Origin: a virus
Taxonomy: Duplodnaviria > Heunggongvirae > Uroviricota > Caudoviricetes
IMG/VR virus record: IMGVR_UViG_3300045993_000281
Location: 33,091-97,090 of that record
DNA length: 64,000 bases
Strand: one strand, 5' to 3'
Below the pieces are notes generated by a model that saw only the letters and a program-made list of their open reading frames with translations, was not told the DNA's origin and did not search any database. Every line of letters starts with the position of its first letter. Position 1 is the stretch's first letter. This document shows positions 30,192-38,300 of the stretch, one piece after another. The position numbers and the translations under genes are program-made.

Positions 30192-31038
30192 TTTTGTTGG
30201 TTATCAGGTTGCCATACTTACAATATGTTGGTAGCATGCCGTTATAGCCTATCCCTATATACTTAGCCTCAGCTGTTATATAGGCGAACGCGACAATTGC
30301 AGCCACGCGGTCGTTTTGTATAGCGTAATTGTAGAATGGCGCTGGGTCTTGCATCCATGGGGATGAGCCTCCAGGGACTACTATTAATCTTTGTTGTGGT
30401 GACATCTTAGATAACATGTCGGGGTATCTGTCAACTAATACATCAGATTTGGCAAAGTAATCGTCAAGACCTACCCAATCGACGTAAGCGATACCAGGAT
30501 AGGTAGTCTCGGCGGGGTAGATCACTGCTATGACAGCTACGGCCAGTTCAGGGTACTCTCCCATTACCTCTCTCAAGTCTTTATAAGCTTGTGAGACGTC
30601 TGTGGGATTGTTTAGGTTTATATCCGGTTCGTCGAGTGGATAAAAGCCCTTGACGTTACCAAGTAGGCCTGAAGTCCTAACGGTATTCAAGTAGTCGCGA
30701 ATATCTTGTTTAGTGCCCATGTATTGTCTATTTCTAAACATGACATGGTTAGTGAACAGGATAGCCTGGGGTATTCCAGACGCGATACCCTGGCGCATAC
30801 TATTAAGCTGGTAATTAGTCGTAGCTAGACGCCCTTCAGGTGTACTGTCATCGCCCCACGCAGGTACCCACATAAGGTTACCATGGTTTATCTTTGGATA
30901 GCAGTTCCCATCATTCCCACAATCGCCATAGTAGCCGTAGTATATACCGGCCCTTGTTTGGGTTGTAGGTGTTGTGTTCTCAGAATGGTTACAGCCCGCT
31001 AGTATTATTGGTAGCAGTAATGCCTTTAGCCATTTCAT
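30178..31038 (-). CDS. Lipoprotein
   Basis: MKWLKALLLPIILAGC contains a lipobox (LAGC). 286 aa with an acidic LDEPD segment. Confidence 0.6.
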   Translation of the reverse strand: MKWLKALLLPIILAGCNHSENTTPTTQTRAGIYYGYYGDCGNDGNCYPKINHGNLMWVPAWGDDSTPEGRLATTNYQLNSMRQGIASGIPQAILFTNHVMFRNRQYMGTKQDIRDYLNTVRTSGLLGNVKGFYPLDEPDINLNNPTDVSQAYKDLREVMGEYPELAVAVIAVIYPAETTYPGIAYVDWVGLDDYFAKSDVLVDRYPDMLSKMSPQQRLIVVPGGSSPWMQDPAPFYNYAIQNDRVAAIVAFAYITAEAKYIGIGYNGMLPTYCKYGNLITNKNAGC

Positions 31039-31079
31039 AGATTTCTTTATGTAGTTATTACAACAATGAACAATAGTAC

Positions 31080-31265
31080 CCTATTATGACCCTTAAGTAA
31101 TAGTATTGATTACTTAAATGATAGTATAAGGTTACCTCAAGGATAGTTGAATGATCCCATAGGGGCAGTTAAAGAGTAGTATTGATTAATGTAGTATGAA
31201 TCATTAATCAAATGATAAGCTTGAGGGGTGGCTCAGGGGTGGTATTAGGGTAGTATTAAAGGGGG
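31080..31265. promoter_or_regulatory. Cluster of five TAGTAT(T/A/G)(G/A)A repeats upstream of the lipoprotein gene
   Basis: Copies: aaTAGTATTGATTAc, gaTAGTATAAGG, gaGTAGTATTGATTAat, gTAGTATGAAtc, ggTAGTATTAAAgg. Confidence 0.5.
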
Positions 31266-31273
31266 GAGCGGCC

Positions 31274-31293
31274 TTATCATTAATCTAACGGGG
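31274..31293 (-). promoter_or_regulatory. Conserved 20-nt motif, copy 1 (CTTATCATTAATCTAACGGG on plus)
   Basis: A near-identical copy lies at 49888-49906. Both sit between a hairpin and the start of the next minus-strand gene. Confidence 0.45.
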
Positions 31294-31340
31294 TCTGGCA
31301 TGCGTTATGTTGCACCCGCCGTAAAGAAACCGTGTCAACG

Positions 31341-31407
31341 AAAAAAAAAAAAAAAATAAAGCCACCCACACAACTATCCCATAAGGGACGGTTGTGTGGG
31401 TGGCTTT
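31341..31407 (-). terminator. Intrinsic terminator: perfect 17-bp stem flanked by an A16 tract and a T-run (bidirectional potential)
   Basis: aaagccacccacacaac ... gttgtgtgggtggcttt at 31358-31407. A16 at 31341-31356 gives the U-tract for minus-strand transcripts. ttgctaatattttttt follows on the plus strand. Confidence 0.8.
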
Positions 31408-31411
31408 ATTG

Positions 31412-31810
31412 CTAATATTTTTTTGCTTCTTCCAGCGCAGCGAGCATGGGCAACGGGTTAGCGTTATCTGTCAATGCGTTCCAGGGAGATATCTCCTCAT
31501 ACATCCGGCGTTCACCGCAGTTAGTACCACCACGAGCCAACGATAATGGACACGCTGCACAAGTATCTAACAGAGTTCGATCGTAATACAGCTGGCATAA
31601 GGCGCAATTATGCGAACTAATCCACAGCGAACCTCCTTCGACAGTCGTACCCCGTAAGGACTTACCGACTAGTAGCATCCCATGCTTAGCCAAATTTTCC
31701 TTTTTGAGGCCAGTCCACTTTAGAATGGAATGCTCAATAGCTGGCATTCTCTCCTTCACAAACTCTGCAGCTAGCGGGTAAAACTCATTTCTCCACGTTT
31801 CTAAGCTCAT
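31412..31810 (-). CDS. Cys-rich hypothetical protein, paralog A
   Basis: 132 aa: MSLETWRNEFYPLAAEFV...SNCALCQLYYD...CAACPLS. Clearly homologous to the next gene. Confidence 0.55.
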   Translation of the reverse strand: MSLETWRNEFYPLAAEFVKERMPAIEHSILKWTGLKKENLAKHGMLLVGKSLRGTTVEGGSLWISSHNCALCQLYYDRTLLDTCAACPLSLARGGTNCGERRMYEEISPWNALTDNANPLPMLAALEEAKKY

Positions 31811-32195
31811 TTTGCCTTGCCTCCTCTAGAACAGCAATCATAGGCGCGGGATCGTTCCGAAGAAATGAGCCCCACGGAGTAGCGACGCTATCATCACTAG
31901 CGGAAGTACACGATACACCACGTGATACTGTGATAGGACACTCAACGCACTCTCTCTGTGTAAAGGGTAGGTCTCTGTACAACACACACAATGCGCAATT
32001 AGAAGGGGTGAATAAGAACTTCGCACCAGTCCCATCGATTATAGTACCGTCGTTCAGGCTAACGTTATGCTTATCCAGGTTCTTTTTAGAAACCCCCTCC
32101 CATTTGAGAATGGAATGCTCCACAGCAACCAACCGTCCTTCGATAAAATCTGCAGCTACTGGGTAGAACTCTGCTTTCCATGTCTCTGTGCTCAT
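31785..32195 (-). CDS. Cys-rich hypothetical protein, paralog B
   Basis: 136 aa: MSTETWKAEFYPVAADFI...SNCALCVLYRD...CVECPIT. Tandem duplicate of the gene at 31412-31810. Confidence 0.55.
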   Translation of the reverse strand: MSTETWKAEFYPVAADFIEGRLVAVEHSILKWEGVSKKNLDKHNVSLNDGTIIDGTGAKFLFTPSNCALCVLYRDLPFTQRECVECPITVSRGVSCTSASDDSVATPWGSFLRNDPAPMIAVLEEARQNELRNVEK

Positions 32196-32590
32196 TTTTT
32201 GACGCCTTTACGGGTTAACATCTTGTTGTGGGCGGCTACCATGATAGCTACTGCTGTCTCATAGTTAGGCGTGAATAGGTAAGACCTTTGCTTGTCATCT
32301 GTAAAATATCTGCGGCGCGCAATCGTACGGCCTATTTTGCGATCATACTTAGTGACATCGTCCGGAGATAACACTGCCGTGGTCGCGTACCATGGCTTTA
32401 CTTCACCGCCATCCTTCACTTTTATTACTTCTTGCCGCATGAATACTGTGCCCAGTTCCGGAAACTGGAAGAACTTCTCCAGATGTGTTCGACCTGCCTC
32501 TTGCTCTCGTCTCTTCTCTGCAGCACTGGGCTTTTTAGGCGGAGTGGGCAGTGAGGAGAGCGTATTCAGAGCTGTACTTAATTCTGTCAT
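32192..32590 (-). CDS. Hypothetical protein
   Basis: 132-aa ORF. Confidence 0.45.
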   Translation of the reverse strand: MTELSTALNTLSSLPTPPKKPSAAEKRREQEAGRTHLEKFFQFPELGTVFMRQEVIKVKDGGEVKPWYATTAVLSPDDVTKYDRKIGRTIARRRYFTDDKQRSYLFTPNYETAVAIMVAAHNKMLTRKGVKK

Positions 32591-32756
32591 GGCTGCTCCT
32601 GTGTCTTCGGTTTATGTATTTCGTAAAACTCTAACGCGTCTAGCACAGTCCTACACTTCTCTGCTGGCCATGTTAGATTGCTGTTTTCACACTTTACTAA
32701 AAATCTTTCGTAGTCGGCTATAGTTTTATCTATTGGCGCTCGTTTGCCAATCATAA

Positions 32757-33068
32757 TCAACCGCCTGACCGCACAATCTTGCCGTCTCCTACGATTTCTG
32801 TACCGGCTTCACCTTTTGCACAATCATCTGGCAGTTTACCGCCGTTTGCCTTTACTTCTATCGCAGCCAGTTCTGCCATGACGTTTATCAAGGCTACAGT
32901 AGCTAGGTTTCTGCGTAGATCAATCAAATGAATTATCTCGCCTGGCGTGGGCGGCGCCTTGCCGAGCAGCGGGTTAAACTGTGCCTGAAAACCATCAAGC
33001 AAAGACTTCTCAGCCGCCTGAAACTCCCTGAACATCTTTGTGAACGACATTACTCTTCTCCATACCAA
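32757..33068 (-). CDS. Hypothetical protein
   Basis: 103-aa ORF. Confidence 0.4.
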   Translation of the reverse strand: MVWRRVMSFTKMFREFQAAEKSLLDGFQAQFNPLLGKAPPTPGEIIHLIDLRRNLATVALINVMAELAAIEVKANGGKLPDDCAKGEAGTEIVGDGKIVRSGG

Positions 33069-33345
33069 AAATTACACCGACACCCATGTCCATCCCTAAT
33101 TCGCCTATTAATTCGAATTTAAGACAGTGAGTTACTTTACCACACACACCTATTTTTGTTGGTGGCGTTGTTTGCGTCCCTTCAGGATACTGACTATGTA
33201 TCGTAGCGGTTATAGAGTCCCCAGGTAGCATATAAATAGGGTCTCCAAAATCGTAACGCTTTATATTTATCGGGCGTATTACAGGCGCGTTATCACCATT
33301 ATTTAATGCAAAGTCCGTCCATTTGCCTAATACTATTTCGCTCAT
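33010..33345 (-). CDS. Hypothetical protein
   Basis: 111-aa ORF; its 5' end overlaps the upstream gene. Confidence 0.4.
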   Translation of the reverse strand: MSEIVLGKWTDFALNNGDNAPVIRPINIKRYDFGDPIYMLPGDSITATIHSQYPEGTQTTPPTKIGVCGKVTHCLKFELIGELGMDMGVGVIFGMEKSNVVHKDVQGVSGG

Positions 33346-33592
33346 ACTCTTCCTTGTTGATCTGAACTTGCCATTCTCTCAGTCCGAAGCCGCCTACATA
33401 TCCATCCTTGTCAACCGTCATAACATAATACCGCATAGCATCTGTGAAATGGTTATCAATAACGCATGCAGTAGATAGCAACTCGGTCAGCGTATCAATA
33501 ATAGGCAGCGGGGTAGCAACAGCCGGAACAGCCGGAACAGCCATACTAACAACTGCTCCAGTTGCTGCTTTTAAGAAACCCCTACGGTTCAC
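33299..33592 (-). CDS. Small protein with a twin-arginine (Tat) type signal peptide
   Basis: MNRRGFLKAATGAVVSMAVPAVPAVA. 97 aa. Confidence 0.5.
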   Translation of the reverse strand: MNRRGFLKAATGAVVSMAVPAVPAVATPLPIIDTLTELLSTACVIDNHFTDAMRYYVMTVDKDGYVGGFGLREWQVQINKEEYERNSIRQMDGLCIK

Positions 33593-34488
33593 TTACTTAC
33601 GTTGAGGAAGGGGATAGGCGCACCTGCGTAGATTGCTTGTGGTAACGCGCCATTCCATTTCTCAGCCTTTGTTGCGTCAACCTTGATACGTTCCAGCTCA
33701 AGAATGGCTGGGTTCGCTGCGATTGCCGAGGCTTGGATGCGGAGAGACTCAGCTGTTGCAGTTGCCATCTTGATATTGTAGTACGCCTTCCCATCAGCTT
33801 CCTTTCGCATTGCGTCGGCTTCAGCCTCAGCCACGGCAACTTTCTGTTTCTGTTGTGAGACTACAGTTAGCAGGGTGTTATCTGCCGCCAGTTTCTTTTG
33901 TTCTTGAGTCACCTTCTCATTGATAGCATCCGTGTACGACTTACTGAATGCAAAGTTGGTCATGTCAATGTTAATGATCTGCACACCGTATGGCGCCACC
34001 TTAGCCTTCAAAGCATTGCCAATTGCAGCAGACACAAGAGGACGTTTACCAATCAGGTCTGGCGCAGTGTACATTGCTGTTACAGCTTTGAATACCTCAG
34101 CAGTGGCTGTTTGAACATACGATGCCATATTGCCGTCATGAGAGTACTTCTCATACACCTCAGCAACCCTATCAACAGCAATCGAATAACGTACCATCAT
34201 ACTCACATGTACAGCCTGAGTGTCACTTGTAGCACCTTCAGCATCCTTCACAGGCGCTTCTTCCGCCCGAATATTGAACACAGCAAGGCGCTGCCAAGGT
34301 GGTAGTACAGTAAGTCCTTCGCCCTCAACACCGACGATCTTGCCGAATTGAGTGACAACGCCACGGTATCCTGTAGGTGTCTTCCAGAAGGGCCACCATA
34401 TCATTGTCAGGATAAATACAAACAGAAAGATAACAGCGCGCACTGCATACTTCTTGCCTCTTGCAATTTCAGTTTCTGTGTAGTTCAT
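33589..34488 (-). CDS. SPFH/band-7 (prohibitin/stomatin-like) membrane protein
   Basis: 299 aa. N-terminal TM helix (VIFLFVFILTMIWWPF), then an SPFH-like domain (...GVQIINIDMTNFAFSKSYTDAINEKVTQEQ...) and a coiled-coil tail. Confidence 0.7.
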   Translation of the reverse strand: MNYTETEIARGKKYAVRAVIFLFVFILTMIWWPFWKTPTGYRGVVTQFGKIVGVEGEGLTVLPPWQRLAVFNIRAEEAPVKDAEGATSDTQAVHVSMMVRYSIAVDRVAEVYEKYSHDGNMASYVQTATAEVFKAVTAMYTAPDLIGKRPLVSAAIGNALKAKVAPYGVQIINIDMTNFAFSKSYTDAINEKVTQEQKKLAADNTLLTVVSQQKQKVAVAEAEADAMRKEADGKAYYNIKMATATAESLRIQASAIAANPAILELERIKVDATKAEKWNGALPQAIYAGAPIPFLNVSK

Positions 34489-35162
34489 TTGGTTCCTTTG
34501 AGTTTGTCGTTAAGTTGGACGTTCTCTTGCATTAATGCACGATTCAGGGTAATGTATTGGAAATTTGCTGCTGTTGACACTTCAAGTCTATCTTGCAAGT
34601 CTTGCACTACGGCGCGCAGGTTCTCGCTATTGAACTTATGATTCTCCTGCCTCAAACCGTCATTCTCTTCAGAAAAGATTTTGTTTGCGCCAATGGCAGT
34701 ATCCAGGTCGTGACGCAACCGCCTATTAGTGATACCCAGACTGATTATTTCACGACCTGCATCGTGTAATGTATCTGCCATGTTAGCGTACAGTTGCTCT
34801 ACGCTAGAGTAGCAGCTCATTACGTACGTCTTGGAAAAACATCGCTGCACTATGTCTGCCGCATCACCAGGATTCAGAGTGTCTCTCAACATAAACTCTG
34901 TCAACTTTCCCTCAGCGCGCTGTATAGAACTGTCAGCAGGACGTGGCCCACGTAAGCCTTTTACGCCCACATTGACCAAGTCCTGCAGACATTGAGCAAG
35001 CTCGATTGCGTCAGCGCTTAGGAGGTCCATTGCGATCTTGTCACTCCTGATCTCTGCAGCCGCCCACTTCCCTAAATCGTCCCTTTGAAAGCAGTTCATG
35101 CTGTCAGTGAACATAGGTGCTTCTAGTGCTTTTAAATTACGTTCCTTTGTATCACTGTTCAT
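34485..35162 (-). CDS. Hypothetical coiled-coil protein
   Basis: 225-aa ORF. Confidence 0.5.
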   Translation of the reverse strand: MNSDTKERNLKALEAPMFTDSMNCFQRDDLGKWAAAEIRSDKIAMDLLSADAIELAQCLQDLVNVGVKGLRGPRPADSSIQRAEGKLTEFMLRDTLNPGDAADIVQRCFSKTYVMSCYSSVEQLYANMADTLHDAGREIISLGITNRRLRHDLDTAIGANKIFSEENDGLRQENHKFNSENLRAVVQDLQDRLEVSTAANFQYITLNRALMQENVQLNDKLKGTK

Positions 35163-35445
35163 TGTATCCTCACGGGTTGATCTTCGGGTTCGCCTTGTAG
35201 ATTAGGCACATTGGCAAGTATTGCTGGGCATGTCTTACAATAAAACTTATGCCACAGCAACTTGCCGGTCACAGTACTATACTGATTGTAGATTAGACTT
35301 GGCGTCTTGTGCCTACACTCCACTTTTCACCTTTGGGACTTTCGGAGTTGCTGCAAGACACCCTTCAATAATACTAGCCATGTCTTGCGAACCTTCTTGT
35401 CTTGACAACGCCCTGGCTAAATCTAGTCTGGCCTTCGATACATTG

Positions 35446-35715
35446 TTACCCTCCCACGCCAACCGATTTTGCATTGTCTGTCGGAGCGACTTTATCTTTG
35501 ATTGGTTCAACGTAGTTTCCTCTCGCGATTAATTTGTCTGCCATCTGAAATGATCTGTCAGCTACCTTGTCCAAAGAATGCTCAGAAGGAGGTCCTGGCA
35601 TTGCGGCCAGAATCCCCTTCATTGCTTCCACTGCGACATATGTGCGTAAATCAATGCCACGCCTCATATACTCGGTGTTATTAGACGGAAATACGGGGTC
35701 ATACGGATCTATCAA
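35446..35715 (-). CDS. Hypothetical protein
   Basis: 89-aa ORF; overlapping alternative ORFs exist on both strands. Confidence 0.35.
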   Translation of the reverse strand: MIDPYDPVFPSNNTEYMRRGIDLRTYVAVEAMKGILAAMPGPPSEHSLDKVADRSFQMADKLIARGNYVEPIKDKVAPTDNAKSVGVGG

Positions 35716-35727
35716 TTTGTCTCTCCT

Positions 35728-36369
35728 TTAGTTTGGCAAAGCTGGTAAGACAAACTCATGAAGTATCTTCGCTTGGTGTTTGTTCGCTAAGCTAAGAAAG
35801 TGCTCTTCATCATGCTCTAGCGTAAGTTTCTGCGCCAGCATAGAATCGCCAATAGGGACACCGTTAGGCTGTGCACACAGACGGTGCTTGATACGACCGT
35901 CACGACCGACCACATCGATGTTACCATGTGAGCCGCGACGGATGCGATAGCGATCAACCCTGCCTTGGACAATGAAATGACCCTTTTCCAAGAACTCATT
36001 ACGTTCCTTCAAGGTGACATTGGCAAGTAACAACTCCTCAGCAAGTTTATCCGCTGCGGCTTGTTTCTTAAGCAGGGCGGCATAACGTGCCTCAGCCGCT
36101 TCCTCGGCTTGGCGTGCGGCAACAATGTCAGCTGCGCTTGGAGTCCGCTGTTTTATCGTCTTAAATACTATAGGCTGTGTCTCTTCCACATAGTCGCATG
36201 TATACCAAGTACGCCAAATAACATCGTCCATGATAGAAGTGGTTGTAGAACCTCCCGTACCGACCCAATTAGTCCAGATAGCACTTGTAGAAGCAGTCGA
36301 AGAGGTTGCGCACCAATCCGTCCAAATGGTATTATTGGCAGTGTTCTGGTAAAGAATCACTTTGGACAT
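35728..36369 (-). CDS. Hypothetical protein with N-terminal Trp-containing repeats
   Basis: 213 aa with IWTDW / IWTNW / IWRTW repeats, then a coiled coil. Confidence 0.5.
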   Translation of the reverse strand: MSKVILYQNTANNTIWTDWCATSSTASTSAIWTNWVGTGGSTTTSIMDDVIWRTWYTCDYVEETQPIVFKTIKQRTPSAADIVAARQAEEAAEARYAALLKKQAAADKLAEELLLANVTLKERNEFLEKGHFIVQGRVDRYRIRRGSHGNIDVVGRDGRIKHRLCAQPNGVPIGDSMLAQKLTLEHDEEHFLSLANKHQAKILHEFVLPALPN

Positions 36370-36370
36370 G

Positions 36371-36607
36371 TTAGCCGCCAGCGATAGGTGGTACTGCGAT
36401 CATCCTTCCGATAGTTTTGTCGAACTCGGTCAGCTTCTCGCCCTTGGCGCCTTCTTTGTCCGTAGAGTAGATCAGATAGCCCTTCTTTTTGAAGCGATCG
36501 AAGGTTTCACGGGCGATTTCAACTTCGTCTTTGTTCTTTGGGTCCCACAAAGTCTTTGTGTCGCCTGTTGCGTCCATTACTGCTAAGGAGTTCTTTGCTG
36601 TGTTCAT
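36371..36607 (-). CDS. Hypothetical protein
   Basis: 78-aa ORF. Confidence 0.45.
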   Translation of the reverse strand: MNTAKNSLAVMDATGDTKTLWDPKNKDEVEIARETFDRFKKKGYLIYSTDKEGAKGEKLTEFDKTIGRMIAVPPIAGG

Positions 36608-36617
36608 TTAATACCTC

Positions 36618-36800
36618 TTAGTGAGTTGATGTGGTTTTACTGCAGATCGCCATAATTTCTAATGCTGGCCGATCTTTGAAAGTTTGACGGCATTCAGTTA
36701 GCATTGTCTGCGATCTATAGACTTCGCCTATAATTGCGGACAGTCCAAATACGAATAACCCTGCTATTACATACAATACAGACTTACCGAAATCATCCAT
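36618..36800 (-). CDS. Small membrane protein
   Basis: 60 aa with one hydrophobic helix. Confidence 0.4.
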   Translation of the reverse strand: MDDFGKSVLYVIAGLFVFGLSAIIGEVYRSQTMLTECRQTFKDRPALEIMAICSKTTSTH

Positions 36801-37159
36801 TAAGTTTTCCTCGGTGGTACGAGCGGTTGATCGAAGATTACTGCCAGTCGCTTGATAACTCCTGCGAATAACTCTGGACCTACATCAAACGCTGCCGCCC
36901 AGAAGTTAGCTGCTGGACAGACTGAGACGATTGCTCGCCCAATCAATGTGCCTACTGTATCTGTTGGGTTGTAATATACTGCAACGCTCTTTGCATCTGC
37001 TGTCATTTCGCGCCTGATGATGTCTTTCTGGTAATTTCGCCAGGTACGTATTGTGTAACCTACTACGCAAATAATAAGTGGACCCCAATACAGCAAAAAT
37101 GCCATATACGTATTGAACGCCAATTGCGCACTAATCCATGCCGTTGCTGTATCAATCAT
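36800..37159 (-). CDS. Membrane protein
   Basis: 119 aa with two or three hydrophobic helices. Confidence 0.45.
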   Translation of the reverse strand: MIDTATAWISAQLAFNTYMAFLLYWGPLIICVVGYTIRTWRNYQKDIIRREMTADAKSVAVYYNPTDTVGTLIGRAIVSVCPAANFWAAAFDVGPELFAGVIKRLAVIFDQPLVPPRKT

Positions 37160-37550
37160 GACTGCTCCTGTTTGGGATTCTTACCATTTCGTCTTCTACG
37201 AACCAAGCGCTTCCGGTCTTCAAATTGCATATACAAATGTTACCACGCGTGAGATTCTCCGACACAAGCGTACTCATGAGAATATGCCCACACAAGCGCA
37301 GACGCATGCACAGTTGCCCATTACGAAGAAACTGTGCGCCTAGCGGGAATGTGCTAAGCATACGTGTATCGTCGTCCTTAAGGAGTGCGTCTTGGATGCG
37401 TATCTTCAGTGCTGAGGCGTCTTTCCCAAAAACTTGTGCAGCCTCCTTCAGGGCATCCATATTTCTGATCTGGTCGTCCAGGCTACCAAGCAGATCGACT
37501 AGCTTGGTCTTCGTCTTTGAAGGCATTTCGTATAGTCCTTTCGTTAACAA
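37152..37550 (-). CDS. Hypothetical protein
   Basis: 132-aa ORF. Confidence 0.45.
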   Translation of the reverse strand: MLTKGLYEMPSKTKTKLVDLLGSLDDQIRNMDALKEAAQVFGKDASALKIRIQDALLKDDDTRMLSTFPLGAQFLRNGQLCMRLRLCGHILMSTLVSENLTRGNICICNLKTGSAWFVEDEMVRIPNRSSHD

Positions 37551-37701
37551 TTATAGCAGCAAGCGTGATGACTACTATAATCAGAGTGCACATCACGCCT
37601 ATAATCAGTGCTTCCATCCAGGCTAGCACTATGAGAAATAGCAGACAGGCTACTATCGTTAGTAGTAACCCTATTTTAAACCATCTCAAAACTTTCAACA
37701 T
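37483..37701 (-). CDS. Small membrane protein
   Basis: 72 aa, hydrophobic; its 3' end overlaps the downstream gene. Confidence 0.35.
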   Translation of the reverse strand: MLKVLRWFKIGLLLTIVACLLFLIVLAWMEALIIGVMCTLIIVVITLAAIIVNERTIRNAFKDEDQASRSAW

Positions 37702-37963
37702 CAGTAAGAACTCCTTCCTCGCTAAGTTTTATGAACCGCTTACTCCACCACTGAACTTCGCTAGGTATATAGCTTAAACATCGGGCGCAGCTTGAACCTA
37801 GCGGGCATATGTAACTCGCCACGCCCTTCAGTTTGATTCGTGAATCACAACCACATCCATCGCCTACCGAATCTACTACATACGTTGCGCCAACTTTTGG
37901 GGAGCCAGGGGTATTGAATTCTGACACACAAAGCACTGTATCGCCTATCTTAAATGCGCTCAT
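37676..37963 (-). CDS. Small Cys-containing protein, paralog of 40551-40886
   Basis: FKIGDTVLCV...GATYVVDSVGDGCGCDSRIKLK...CLSYIPSEVQWWSKRFIKL aligns with the 40551-40886 product. Confidence 0.5.
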   Translation of the reverse strand: MSAFKIGDTVLCVSEFNTPGSPKVGATYVVDSVGDGCGCDSRIKLKGVASYICPLGSSCARCLSYIPSEVQWWSKRFIKLSEEGVLTDVESFEMV

Positions 37964-38238
37964 ACTGTGCTCTCCAATTCAATTCTTTTTCCATTGACCT
38001 CCAGAAAGATAGGTGTATTGGAACTACGTAAAACACATACGCCGTTCAAGTTCACATGGACAATTCTGGTGGACTGGTTTATTGATATTTCCAAGGCCAA
38101 TCCGCCGTTGATATCCGTGAGGTTAATTACTTGCCCCTCCATGACTAGCGAGGGGCTGGTGTTAATTTTCATATTGTTTTCCTTCTGTTGTACATACTCG
38201 GTAGCACACAAGTTCCGTTCGTGTCTGCATCGCCACAT
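37960..38238 (-). CDS. Hypothetical protein
   Basis: 92-aa ORF. Confidence 0.4.
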   Translation of the reverse strand: MWRCRHERNLCATEYVQQKENNMKINTSPSLVMEGQVINLTDINGGLALEISINQSTRIVHVNLNGVCVLRSSNTPIFLEVNGKRIELESTV

Positions 38239-38300
38239 CCCGTCGGTGTTTCCATGCAGTCTCCAGGTTTTGTCGCTACCGGCTAGGTACTACAGCGCGT

